Assembly: GCA_963842945.1 (NCBI GenBank)
Contig: CAWJIM010000023.1
Location: 224,001 to 288,000 of the forward strand
DNA length: 64,000 bases
Direction of reading: 5' to 3'
Source: an uncultured Gemmatimonadales bacterium
GTDB lineage: Bacteria; Gemmatimonadota; Gemmatimonadetes; Gemmatimonadales; GWC2-71-9
The notes beneath the pieces are model-generated. The model did not search any database. It was not told where the DNA came from and saw only the letters and a program-made list of their open reading frames with translations. Positions 19,814 to 29,371 of this stretch are shown piece after piece. Positions within the stretch are counted from its first letter, which is position 1. Each line of letters opens with the position of its first letter. The translations under genes and the position numbers were made by a program.

Positions 19814-21244
19814 TCAGGATTGCGAGCGTACCACGGGCTGTCCGGCAGCTCGCCATTCGGCGAAACCGCCCCGGAAAAGCCGTACGTCTTCGAAGCCTTG
19901 GGCCCGGAGCAGGCTGGCAGCAATGGCGGCGCGCGCTCCGGTTTGACAGTGCACGATCAGCGGGAGTCCCCGGGGTATTTCGTCCAGCCGTGCCTCCAGC
20001 TGGGCAACCGGCAGATTCAGCGATCCCGGAACATGGCCGGCGTCCCACTCCCCCACCCCGCGAACATCGAGCAGTACTTCGCCATTTCTGCTCCGGGTAG
20101 TCAGCTGTTCAAGTGTCACCATGGGAATAGTCTGTAGCTCGCCCCCGGACTTCCGCCAGTGACCCAGCACTTCGCTGCCGAAGTAGCCAGCCACCCGGTC
20201 TATTCCTATCCCGGCCAGGGTCCGTACCAGCTCTTCGAACATGGGATCATCAGGTTCGGGAACGATCAGGTAGAGCTCACGGTCATAGGGAAGCAAGGAC
20301 CCGGCCCAGGTCGGAAATGCTCGAGTATTTGGAATATTGATTGTTCCGGGGATGGATCCTCGGCCGTACTCGTCTGAGGTGCGGGTGTCCACCACCATGC
20401 CGCGGGACTGGAGCACGGACATCAGGCTCTCCGGCGAGAGCCGGCTGGGTGGTGGCCGCTGGCCCAGGAGCCGCGGACCCTCCAGATTGATCCGCTTCAT
20501 CTCGGCAAAGTACCGCGGAGGATCGGGCTGGCCGGCCAACACGGCGCGCACGAAGTCGTTCTCATTTTCGATGCCAAAGGCCCAGTTGAACCGCTTCTCA
20601 TAGCCAAGAGTGGACTGTGGCACCGCGCTCAATGACTTGCCGCACGCCGAGCCGGCGCCATGACCGGGCCAGATCTGGAGGTAGTCGCTGAATTCGCGGA
20701 ACCGCTGGATCGACCGGTAGAGCTGGCGAGCACTGGTTTCCATGGTGCCTCGCGAGCCTACGGCGCGCTCCAGCAGATCGGGCCGCCCCACGTCTCCCAC
20801 AAACAAGAAGTCGCCGGTCAGCGCGCCCATTGGTTCACTGGCGACCCCGGTGTCGGTGACCAGGAAGACCAGATGTTCCGGGGTATGCCCGGGCAGATGC
20901 AGGACGCGCACTTCGATCCGGCCGACCATTATCCTGTCACCGTCATTTATGCTCGTGGCCCGCGCCGCGCCGGCATAGCGATACTGCCAGTCCGGTCCGC
21001 CGGCGGCGGAGAGGTACAGCCGAGCATTGGCGCGGTGCGCCAGTTCGCGCGCCCCGGAAACGAAGTCGGCATGGATGTGAGTCTCGGTGACGTGTGCGAC
21101 TCGAAGCCCTTCCTGAGCCGCCGCCTCGAGGTAGAGGTCAATATCCCGGTTGGGGTCGACGATCAGGGCTTCATGGGTGGAAGAGCATCCGAGCAGGTAG
21201 CTGGCCTGAGCGAGCCTGGGCTCGAAGAAGCGCTTGAAGATCAT
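19814..21244 (-). CDS. MBL-fold persulfide dioxygenase with two rhodanese domains (CstB/Blh-like)
   Basis: ETHIHADFVSG, PGHTPEH, GDFLFVGDVGRPDL, PGHGAGSACG, HCQTGARA. Confidence 0.92.
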   Translation of the reverse strand: MIFKRFFEPRLAQASYLLGCSSTHEALIVDPNRDIDLYLEAAAQEGLRVAHVTETHIHADFVSGARELAHRANARLYLSAAGGPDWQYRYAGAARATSINDGDRIMVGRIEVRVLHLPGHTPEHLVFLVTDTGVASEPMGALTGDFLFVGDVGRPDLLERAVGSRGTMETSARQLYRSIQRFREFSDYLQIWPGHGAGSACGKSLSAVPQSTLGYEKRFNWAFGIENENDFVRAVLAGQPDPPRYFAEMKRINLEGPRLLGQRPPPSRLSPESLMSVLQSRGMVVDTRTSDEYGRGSIPGTINIPNTRAFPTWAGSLLPYDRELYLIVPEPDDPMFEELVRTLAGIGIDRVAGYFGSEVLGHWRKSGGELQTIPMVTLEQLTTRSRNGEVLLDVRGVGEWDAGHVPGSLNLPVAQLEARLDEIPRGLPLIVHCQTGARAAIAASLLRAQGFEDVRLFRGGFAEWRAAGQPVVRSQS

Positions 21245-21297
21245 CGCGGCGCAACGAGGTCGGAACAGCAGGGCATGGCGTTGGTGAGCGGGTTCAT
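21241..21297 (-). CDS. Putative 18-aa leaderless leader peptide MNPLTNAMPCCSDLVAPR
   Basis: TATAAT (21303-21308, minus) 5 nt upstream of ATG 21297; its TGA overlaps the ATG of the MBL-rhodanese gene (ATGA). Confidence 0.55.
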   Translation of the reverse strand: MNPLTNAMPCCSDLVAPR

Positions 21298-21397
21298 GAT
21301 CTATTATAGGGCAAAGCCCGGCCGCTTGCCCGATGCAACCTACGGATCAGCAAAGCTTTCCTCTTGATGTGCGAACCTCTCGGGCAGCGGCGTCCCC

Positions 21398-22573
21398 ATG
21401 ACGATCTCTCACCGGTTTGACACCCCGATGACACAATCCGCGGTCCCTGGGCAGCAGCTACGTTGCAGAGGGCGGCTTGTGCTGGTCGCCATTTTCACTC
21501 TGGCGGGGTGCGGACACAGTGAGCCGTTCACCCCCGAAAATTTCGGTACTGACGCCCCGTTCGATCCCACTCCACCAATACAGCTCACTCTCAATCGCGG
21601 ACCCGACCGGCGTGCGGCCTGGCTGCCCGACGGATCCGCGCTCTTGTATTCGACTCAGCTCGACGGCACTCGAGACCACGACGTTTGCCTTGCCGTACTA
21701 CCCCCGACCGGAGGGCGGCAGCGGAGTCTGAGTTGCAATCTCACCCCGGTGGGCGACCAGCGCACCGAGTCGCTCGAGTCGGCGGCGGCGGCAACGGACG
21801 GCCGACTAGCCTTCCTAGCAGCAAGCGGCGCAATCGGCGCCCTGGTACCCTCGGTTCAAGAGTTGTCCCTGGCAACCGTTGCTGATCCCACTACCCGAAC
21901 TTCACTGCTGGCTATCCCCTACACCATCTCCGGCCGACCCACCCACGGTGGCATCTCCCAGCTGCGGTGGCTAGGTCCAAACCGGCTGGTTTACCTGGGG
22001 GAGGCCGTGAACGTCCTCAGCCTGTGTGATGGTTGTGAGCGGGACACCGTGCACTCCGGACTCGATGCGGTGTGGCTCGACCTTGCCGGCGGAGCCAACC
22101 CCCAAGCCATAGCCGGGACGAGCAACGCATCGGGCGTGTCGCCCGGAAGCACGGAGGACGAAGTGTACTACACCCTGAATGGCGATACCCGGGTGTACCG
22201 CCAGACGCTCTCCACTGGCGCGGCAACGGTGGTGTTCGACTTTGCCGCTGCCGGGATCGCCCGCGATGTGCATGTGGTGGGCACCCGAATGGCGGTTGTG
22301 GTGGGCGGCAGGGTGCACTTCACCGACGACCCCATTGTTGGACCTACTCAATGGGACAGTGGGGGCGTCGTGCACGTGGTCGACCTGTCAGGCGGTAGCG
22401 ATGTCGCTTTGACCGGGCCGAGCGACCTTGGCCTGTATCGCCGGCCGCAGATCTCGCCACCAGGCAGCCAAGTCGTCGTGGAGCGGTATCAACTCATCAT
22501 CATCGACAACGGCGTCACCGTAGACACCAGCGTCGCTCGTGCAGGAGACCTGTACCTGATAGGGCAGCCGTGA
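21398..22573 (+). CDS. TolB-like beta-propeller lipoprotein
   Basis: Lipobox LAGC; AAWLPDGSALLYS and PQISPPGSQVV PD40-like repeats. Confidence 0.7.
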   Translation: MTISHRFDTPMTQSAVPGQQLRCRGRLVLVAIFTLAGCGHSEPFTPENFGTDAPFDPTPPIQLTLNRGPDRRAAWLPDGSALLYSTQLDGTRDHDVCLAVLPPTGGRQRSLSCNLTPVGDQRTESLESAAAATDGRLAFLAASGAIGALVPSVQELSLATVADPTTRTSLLAIPYTISGRPTHGGISQLRWLGPNRLVYLGEAVNVLSLCDGCERDTVHSGLDAVWLDLAGGANPQAIAGTSNASGVSPGSTEDEVYYTLNGDTRVYRQTLSTGAATVVFDFAAAGIARDVHVVGTRMAVVVGGRVHFTDDPIVGPTQWDSGGVVHVVDLSGGSDVALTGPSDLGLYRRPQISPPGSQVVVERYQLIIIDNGVTVDTSVARAGDLYLIGQP

Positions 22574-25356
22574 GCCCCCACCGCACCGCGCACCAGATCG
22601 CTGCGGCGCTCCTGCTCGGGTTACTGCCCTCGGCGCTCTGGGCCCAGGCGGAGGGGGCCATAGCGGGGCGGGTGTATCAGAGCGGCACTGATCGGGCACT
22701 GGCCCAGGCCCAGATTCTGGTGGATGAGCGGGTTCGCGCGATCACCGATACCGGAGGCATTTACCGGGTTCGCGGCATCCGGAGTGGTTGGCACAGCCTG
22801 GCGGCACGGGCAATCGGCTACCGCAGCATCGTCAGGGACAGCGTGTTCGTGCAGGCCGGCGGTACCGTGACCATCGATTTCCCGCTGGAGACCAATCCGC
22901 TGAAACTGGAGCCGCTGGTGGTCACCGCGCCGGTGGACCCGGTGCTCGATCCACTCGCCACCTCAACCGAGCAGAAGATTACGGCGGCGGACCTGAGGGA
23001 GTTGCCGGTCAGCTCTCTGCAGGAGGCGGTGGCCTTGTCGGCCGGAAGCGTGGGCGAGAGCTACCGAGGAGGCCGACTGGGGGAAGAGGCCTTCATTCTG
23101 GATGGACTGGGCGTGAAGAATCAGCTCGACGCTGCCAGCGGCGGGTTGGGACTTACCATCCCCCCAGACGTCCTCAGCGAAGCATCGCTGGTGACCAACG
23201 GCTTTTCGGCCCGTTACGGCCAGGCCATCTCCGGCCTCATCAACGTGGTCACCAAGGAGCCAACCACGAACTGGGAAGGTCGGGTGGGATACGAGACCGA
23301 CCGACCCTTCGGCGGCAGCTGGGACTACGGACTGGACCGTTTCATCGCCCAGGGAAGTGGGCCCGTGGTGGGCAGAATCGGAGTGGTTGCCGCCCTGGAT
23401 GTCACCGGCCGGCTGGACGCAGACCCGGTCAACGCTCCAGCGGCCACCGATCCGCGCGACCCTCGGACCGCCTCGCCGGCACTTCTGCCCCATAACAGCA
23501 GCGAGCTGTGGAGCGGCCTGGGCAAGATCACGGTACCGGTGAACGACCGGATAACGCTGCGGCTGATGGGCCTCCATTCGGAAAATCAGAGCCTGCTGTT
23601 CGATCCTGCTTACAAGTACGATCTCGCCCTCGCCCCGGGACAGCGGGTACAGGGAAACCTGCTCACCGGCCATGCGCAGTATGCCAGTGGCCCCGGCACC
23701 AGGAAGCCGCTGATCATGGACCTCCGGGTGGCGCGCTTCACCCGTGAGTTCCTGCGGGGAACGCTTGATGGCGACGTGGACTACGCGTTCGGCGGACTCA
23801 CCGGGAAGCGTTTCCACTTCGTCGGCGAAGACGTGGCCCGAAACCAGGAGCCCTCGCTCGATCCTATCCCCGGATTCCAAACCCCTCTGCCGAGCACCGC
23901 GTCCCCCTATGGCGTACCCGGGTTCTTCCTCGGGAGTGGCTCACAGGGAAGCCTGGGATGGAGCCGCTTCGGCGAGACACGAGGCCAGCTCGACGCCACC
24001 TACGGGGCCGGCGAGAAGGTGGATCTGTTCTTCGGAGGGGAGGTGGTGCGGCAGCAGGTTGGCACGTACCGCCGGGTCATGGCCTACCTGCCCGTGGGCT
24101 TAGGTGATAGCGTGCCACCGACTGCGGTCTCCACCTTTTCGCCGACCAGTGCCGCGGCATATGTCGAAGCCCAGGTCCGCATCACCGATCTGGCCTTTAC
24201 CCTGGGCGCCCGCTACGACCAGTTCAACGCCGGAAGTGAGCTGGCAGCCGAGTCGCGGGGCTCGCAGCAGAAGTTAAGTCCGCGGTTCGCGGTCTCGACC
24301 GTCCTGAAGGGGGCCACGTTCGTGGCCAGCTACGGTCGCTTTTCTCAGGCGCCGGACTACCAGTTCCTGGTGGATGCCGCGTTCGACGATACCACCCGCA
24401 CCGGGCGCTTTCGCCGGGGAAACCCGAACATCGGCTTTGAGGACGCGGTCCAGTACGAGTTCAGTCTGCGGGTTCGGCCCACCCCGATCACCTCACTGCG
24501 ACTGGGCGCCTACGTGAAGCGGCTCGACGGCCTGGTAGCCTCGGTGCCGCTGGGCCTCGATCCCGATTCGACCATCTACGGCAACGCCGACGCTGGGACG
24601 GTAAAGGGGCTGGAGTTGCTCCTCGAGCGCGACCTGAAAAATGGGTTCGGCGCTCGGCTCATTTACACACTGCAGAGTGCCAGCGCCACGGCAAGCGACG
24701 CTTTTCTGCTGAACCGTGTCTTCTCGATCGATCCCCAGACCGGAGACACGATCCGGCCGGCCCACGCCGAGTTCCCGCTGGACTTCGACCGCCGGCACAC
24801 GCTGACAGCCATTCTCCGAAGCCGGGTGTCTGACAGTGTTGGACCCCGTGTCTTCGGGTCACACATAATCGGCGGTCTCGAGGCAGCGGCCATTGGACGG
24901 GTGGGGACAGGGCTGCCCTATTCCGAAACCAACCTCTCGGGCGATTCGCTGATCGGGCTGCCCAATTCGCGGAGATTGCCCACGAGCTACACGCTCGACT
25001 TCCTGGTCCGGCGACCGTTGCAGCTGGGCGGCGTGCGTGGCGGAGTGTACCTGGACATGCGGAACGTGCTGAACCGGCAGAACATCGTTGCCGTGCGACG
25101 GGATACCGGACAGCCTGGGCCGGACGACAACGCGGTCAATGCGGTGGCGGAAGAGGCGTATGCCGCACATCCGGAGGACATCCCCTACGAATCTCCCTAC
25201 TACCGTCCCTCGGCCGACATCAACGGGGATGGATATATCTCGGGCAGGGATGAGCTGTTTCCGCTTTACCTGGCGGCGGCCCGGGATTTCACTCAGCCGC
25301 TCTTCACGTACGGTCCCCCTCGCCTGGTCCGGCTGGGGGTCGAGTTCTTGTTCTGA
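22570..25356 (+). CDS. TonB-dependent receptor with carboxypeptidase-regulatory-like N-domain
   Basis: Signal peptide, GAIAGRV, RGGR..E..FILDG, FSARYGQAISGLINVVTK plug motif, LSPRF, C-terminal PRLVRLGVEFLF. Confidence 0.92.
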   Translation: MSPHRTAHQIAAALLLGLLPSALWAQAEGAIAGRVYQSGTDRALAQAQILVDERVRAITDTGGIYRVRGIRSGWHSLAARAIGYRSIVRDSVFVQAGGTVTIDFPLETNPLKLEPLVVTAPVDPVLDPLATSTEQKITAADLRELPVSSLQEAVALSAGSVGESYRGGRLGEEAFILDGLGVKNQLDAASGGLGLTIPPDVLSEASLVTNGFSARYGQAISGLINVVTKEPTTNWEGRVGYETDRPFGGSWDYGLDRFIAQGSGPVVGRIGVVAALDVTGRLDADPVNAPAATDPRDPRTASPALLPHNSSELWSGLGKITVPVNDRITLRLMGLHSENQSLLFDPAYKYDLALAPGQRVQGNLLTGHAQYASGPGTRKPLIMDLRVARFTREFLRGTLDGDVDYAFGGLTGKRFHFVGEDVARNQEPSLDPIPGFQTPLPSTASPYGVPGFFLGSGSQGSLGWSRFGETRGQLDATYGAGEKVDLFFGGEVVRQQVGTYRRVMAYLPVGLGDSVPPTAVSTFSPTSAAAYVEAQVRITDLAFTLGARYDQFNAGSELAAESRGSQQKLSPRFAVSTVLKGATFVASYGRFSQAPDYQFLVDAAFDDTTRTGRFRRGNPNIGFEDAVQYEFSLRVRPTPITSLRLGAYVKRLDGLVASVPLGLDPDSTIYGNADAGTVKGLELLLERDLKNGFGARLIYTLQSASATASDAFLLNRVFSIDPQTGDTIRPAHAEFPLDFDRRHTLTAILRSRVSDSVGPRVFGSHIIGGLEAAAIGRVGTGLPYSETNLSGDSLIGLPNSRRLPTSYTLDFLVRRPLQLGGVRGGVYLDMRNVLNRQNIVAVRRDTGQPGPDDNAVNAVAEEAYAAHPEDIPYESPYYRPSADINGDGYISGRDELFPLYLAAARDFTQPLFTYGPPRLVRLGVEFLF

Positions 25357-26273
25357 GCCAGGTCCTCCTTCAGTAGCGCCTTGTTGATGGCCATCCCGGC
25401 CTCCGCGCCCTCCGCTGCGGCAACAATAACGAACTGCGCCTCCTTGCTCGCATCCCCCGCCACGTAGAGCCCCGGCACGTCGGTAGCCTCGCAGGTGCCG
25501 GTATCAACCGCTCCCTTGCTGGTGAAGCGGCAGCCGAGCTTTCGAGCTAGTGGGCTTCGCTGGTGTTGTCCCGAACAGATGAAGAGCGCTTTTCGAGGTA
25601 AGGGTTCTCCGGTTTCGAAGACAATCCGCTCCAGCATCCCTTCCCTTCCCTCGAGCCGCGCCACCCGCTCTTCCCGGAGCTCGATCCCTTCCCGGCTCAG
25701 CTGCTCCAGCTCTTCCTCGGAGAGGCCAGTTGGGCCGTTGGTACAGAGCACCAGGTCCCTGCTCCACACCGTCAATCCCAACGCTAAAGCCTTGCCCTCC
25801 TCCCCACTCCCATAAACGGCTACCGGCTGATCCCGCCACTCCCAACCATCGCAGTAGGGGCAATGGTGTACGCTGGTTCCGTAGAGTGACTGAAGTCCCT
25901 CCAGCTCTGGAAGCTCGTCCACCACTCCTGTGGCCAGCAACAGCTTTCGCGCTGCAATCTGGCGTCCATCCGCGCACACAAGACGGAACCCATCAGGTGA
26001 ACGGGCGGCATCCAGCACCTCGACCTGGCGGAACTCGACGCTGGGATAACGGGCCACTTCCTGGCGTGCATGTTGGAGGAACTCGGCCGGCGGAGTTCCG
26101 TCCCGGGTTAGATAGTTGTGAAGGCCGGCGGACCGGATGTTTCTGGGCTCGCCGATGTCGCACACCAGCGCCTTGCGGCAGCAGCGTCCCAGCATCAGCG
26201 CGGCGCTCAGCCCTGCGGGCCCAGCCCCGACGATGACGCAGTCGTATGTCAGCCGGGGCGAGTCGGTGGTCAT
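25293..26273 (-). CDS. NAD(P)/FAD-dependent thioredoxin-reductase-like oxidoreductase
   Basis: VGAGPAGLSAAL, LLATGV.D, HCPYCDGWE, GLYVAGDA. Confidence 0.92.
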   Translation of the reverse strand: MTTDSPRLTYDCVIVGAGPAGLSAALMLGRCCRKALVCDIGEPRNIRSAGLHNYLTRDGTPPAEFLQHARQEVARYPSVEFRQVEVLDAARSPDGFRLVCADGRQIAARKLLLATGVVDELPELEGLQSLYGTSVHHCPYCDGWEWRDQPVAVYGSGEEGKALALGLTVWSRDLVLCTNGPTGLSEEELEQLSREGIELREERVARLEGREGMLERIVFETGEPLPRKALFICSGQHQRSPLARKLGCRFTSKGAVDTGTCEATDVPGLYVAGDASKEAQFVIVAAAEGAEAGMAINKALLKEDLAQNKNSTPSRTRRGGPYVKSG

Positions 26274-27016
26274 CCGCCCGTGGGAACGGCGGCTTCCATC
26301 ACCTGTTTGAACCGGCGGAGATCATCATCCACCTGCGTCGAAGGCTCCTCGCCCAGGAGCTTGGCCACCACAGCTCCCAACTTTCCGGCTGGCGGCTGAT
26401 AGCTCAGGACTACGCGTACTTCGGTAGCGCCGTCACCCACGGGGGTAAAGTGCACCGATCCCGCGTTGTTGACGTCGGCCTTGGGGAGAGACCGCCAGGC
26501 GATGAGCTCGTTCTCGATCTCGTTGTGGATCGTGGCTTCCCATTCCACCCGGGTGCCGGCCGGGGCCTTGGCCACCCAGTGCGACCGGTTTTCATCGAGC
26601 ACCGTCACCGATTCGAGGTGGTCCATGAATCGAGGCAGGTTCTCGAAGTTCCGCCAGAACTGATACACCTCGTGGACGGGACGGCTTACCACGACGCTCC
26701 GCTCTACCTTGATTCCCTCGCCGCGTGGAACACTTGCTACCGGGCTCACGCGATTTTTCCGGGCCGAGTTTCTTCCCAGGGCGCGATTAATCGGGCAGTG
26801 ACCGGTGACCGCTCGGGAAAAGAGGCTCCCCGCCACCGGCAGGAGGAACGGCCGCAGCCGCTTCCGGCGAAGTCCGACCACTGCTACGGCAGCGGCGGCC
26901 AGCCCGGAGATCACCCGCTCGGTCCTGCCTACGTTGATCTCGTTCTCGTCCTCGGCTGGACGCCGAAGATTTTCCCAGCGCTCGTTCGAGACGACCCCGT
27001 TGTACGTCGATGCCAT
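26270..27016 (-). CDS. SRPBCC cyclase/dehydrase-family protein with DUF2892 N-domain
   Basis: INVGRTER, TGHCP, YQFWRNFENLPRFMDHLESV, LGEEP..QV.DDLRRFKQVME. Confidence 0.9.
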   Translation of the reverse strand: MASTYNGVVSNERWENLRRPAEDENEINVGRTERVISGLAAAAVAVVGLRRKRLRPFLLPVAGSLFSRAVTGHCPINRALGRNSARKNRVSPVASVPRGEGIKVERSVVVSRPVHEVYQFWRNFENLPRFMDHLESVTVLDENRSHWVAKAPAGTRVEWEATIHNEIENELIAWRSLPKADVNNAGSVHFTPVGDGATEVRVVLSYQPPAGKLGAVVAKLLGEEPSTQVDDDLRRFKQVMEAAVPTGG

Positions 27017-27045
27017 TGAGCCTTCCTTCGCAGATATCGTGGTAA

Positions 27046-28146
27046 TCACCTGGCTTTGGGCGGATGGGCTGCCAGCTGATTGTACTTGCGCGCCGCCCGG
27101 TCGCCCAGCCGGGTAAGCCAGGAAGGAGAGATCCAGGATTGGCTCTCCGCGCCGGTATGCCGGCTCCGATCGAGGCTGCCGGCGCCCGGCAAAACCCGAT
27201 CGACCAGACCCAGCAGGTTGGCGGTTGCGCCGGGCGCGATCGCATTGATTACCGCCGCCACTTTGGCAACAGCCGGGAACAAGACCTCCGCATCACCTCT
27301 TCGGCAGGCCTCGACGATTCGCCGCGCAGCGCTCTCGACACTGATCGACAGGCCCGGTAGGGAGTCGCTGATACTGAACCAGGCGTATTCGGCCCGGTGC
27401 CGTCCCCGGAAAATCGCGTTGCGCGGACTTCCGGTGCGCATCAGCCCCGGCACCACGGTTACAACCTTGATGCCGTCCGCCGCGACCTCGGCCCGGAGGC
27501 CCTGAGAAAATCCCACCGCGGCAAACTTGCTGGCGCTATAGGGGAGCAGACGCGGAATGCCCAGCTTCCCTCCAATAGACGTGATGTTCACGATCCGCCC
27601 CGCGCGCCGTTGCCGCATGTCGGGCAGCACGGCGAGCGTGGGGTAGAGCATGCCCCAGAAGTTGGTGGCCAGGGCCTCCTCGTAGTCGGCAACGGACATG
27701 GTTTCCGCCGGCCCCACTTCGATGACGCCGGCGTTGTTGATCAGTACGTCCACCGAACCGAGGCCGCGGCTGACCTGATCCACCAGATCCTGCACCGAGC
27801 CGCGGTCGGTCACGTCGCAAGCAATGGCCATGACCTCGGCCCCGGCGCGGGCAAGTGAAGCCCGGGCTCGTTCCAGCGACTCGGGATCGCGGCCACAGAT
27901 TGCGAGACGAGCTCCGCGCGCCGCCATTTCCCGGGCCAGGGCAAGCCCGAGCCCGCGCGACCCGCCGGTGATAAGCACCACCCTGTTCCTGAGCGGGTAT
28001 CCGTCACCGGACCGAAGCAGCCGGACCATCCAGAACGCCCCGAGCGCTGTAGCAGCTGCCAGCTGCATCCGGTCGGATCGTCGTCTCAGCAGAGGCCGCA
28101 CTGGGTCTGGCGAAGCTCCCGAACTACTCCGGTTTCGCTGAGCCAT
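27046..28146 (-). CDS. Short-chain dehydrogenase/reductase
   Basis: ITGGSRGLG, NNAG, YSASK, PGLMRTGSP. Confidence 0.92.
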   Translation of the reverse strand: MAQRNRSSSGASPDPVRPLLRRRSDRMQLAAATALGAFWMVRLLRSGDGYPLRNRVVLITGGSRGLGLALAREMAARGARLAICGRDPESLERARASLARAGAEVMAIACDVTDRGSVQDLVDQVSRGLGSVDVLINNAGVIEVGPAETMSVADYEEALATNFWGMLYPTLAVLPDMRQRRAGRIVNITSIGGKLGIPRLLPYSASKFAAVGFSQGLRAEVAADGIKVVTVVPGLMRTGSPRNAIFRGRHRAEYAWFSISDSLPGLSISVESAARRIVEACRRGDAEVLFPAVAKVAAVINAIAPGATANLLGLVDRVLPGAGSLDRSRHTGAESQSWISPSWLTRLGDRAARKYNQLAAHPPKAR

Positions 28147-28408
28147 CGTTTTGTCGCACAGCCTGGCGCCGCACGTTACGCTGGTGCTCCTTGTCGTCCA
28201 GCACGGCGCTCATTCCGTCACGGTGCTCCGGATCGGCCACTTCCTGGCTCAAACTGGAGTAATGTGGCCCCATGTTGTCCTCGTTCCGGGGGTCCTCGAA
28301 ATCCAGCTCGGCCGTATGACCCTGCGTCCCTTCTTCTGCCTCGAGCGCAAAGCGGCGGCGCTCGTCTTCACTCATCGTCGCGAATTCACGGCTGAGATTT
28401 TTTGCCAT
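28124..28408 (-). CDS. Small hydrophilic stress-protein-like ORF
   Basis: REFATMSEDERRRFA resembles the start of KGG/GsiB repeats but lacks KGG; acidic; overlaps both neighbours. Confidence 0.55.
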   Translation of the reverse strand: MAKNLSREFATMSEDERRRFALEAEEGTQGHTAELDFEDPRNEDNMGPHYSSLSQEVADPEHRDGMSAVLDDKEHQRNVRRQAVRQNDGSAKPE

Positions 28409-29279
28409 GGGCTTGACTCCCGGTAGTGGCCTCGAGCAGCGCCTTCATGCGCCCGAGGTCCTCGTTCAGTTTGGCTCTGGGATCCGAGCCGAGCAGCTCG
28501 GCAACCGCCCGGCCGGCGCCTCCGGCAGGCGGACGGTAGCAGAATCGCAGATCCACCCTGGTTCCGTTGCCACTCGAGCTGAATCGAATGATCCCGGCGT
28601 TTTCCAGCATTGAGGCGGGCTCGCTCCGCCAGGCGATGACTTCATTCGGCGTCTGCTGCGTCAAGCTGGCCTGCCACTCGATCGGAACGCCTCCCGGCCC
28701 ACTGACGCTCCAGCGGGAGCGGCCTTGTCCCAGATCCTCCACTTCCCGCACGTGGGACATGAACAGCGGGAAGTTCTCGTAGTTGCTCCAAAAGGCGTAC
28801 ACCTGATCCAGAGGAGCCTCGATGTACAACGTTTTCTGAACATCTACGACTCGCCGGCGGTCGAGACTGGGTAATGCACCGAGGAAACTTTCTCCCCCTG
28901 CGGACCTCATCAGCATGCCGGTGCCGACGGTTCGGAGCAGACTGCCCCAAGCCCCGCGCCGGATCAGCCCGTAGAGCGCCAGAGCCGCTCCAGCCATGCG
29001 GAGGGCAGAGCCGATCGACTCACCGGGAAACGATCCCTGATTCTGGCCCAGGCTGGCCGCGCCGAGCCCCTGCAAATCACCTACGCGCCCGCCATACCGC
29101 AGCACACTCCGATGCGACAGGCCGGCGCTCCCGGCGAGACTAAACCGTGCTTCCCCGATCAGGGGCGCCAAGCGCCGGCTTAACTGTTCCCGCCGGAAGC
29201 TGCCCCGTTCTGGATCGAGGAAGTAGACCAGGCCTGCACCGACGGTGAGGCCACTGACAAAGGTCTTGGTGCCGGACAT
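28386..29279 (-). CDS. SRPBCC-family protein with membrane-associated N-terminus
   Basis: GAGLVYFLDPERG..RR, YAFWSNYENFPLFMSHV, LNEDLGRMKALLE; GGAGG SD. Confidence 0.9.
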   Translation of the reverse strand: MSGTKTFVSGLTVGAGLVYFLDPERGSFRREQLSRRLAPLIGEARFSLAGSAGLSHRSVLRYGGRVGDLQGLGAASLGQNQGSFPGESIGSALRMAGAALALYGLIRRGAWGSLLRTVGTGMLMRSAGGESFLGALPSLDRRRVVDVQKTLYIEAPLDQVYAFWSNYENFPLFMSHVREVEDLGQGRSRWSVSGPGGVPIEWQASLTQQTPNEVIAWRSEPASMLENAGIIRFSSSGNGTRVDLRFCYRPPAGGAGRAVAELLGSDPRAKLNEDLGRMKALLEATTGSQAHGKKSQP

Positions 29280-29371
29280 GGAATCCTCCAATTCGCGAGA
29301 TTGTGACGAGCTGCTTTAAAATCTCGCGCACTCCCCCGCGTTGACAAAGTGGTGAATTGACGCGAGCCTTC

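Noticed and set aside
29341..29370. TTGACA sigma-70 -35 element
   Set aside because: No acceptable -10 hexamer at 16-18 nt spacing.
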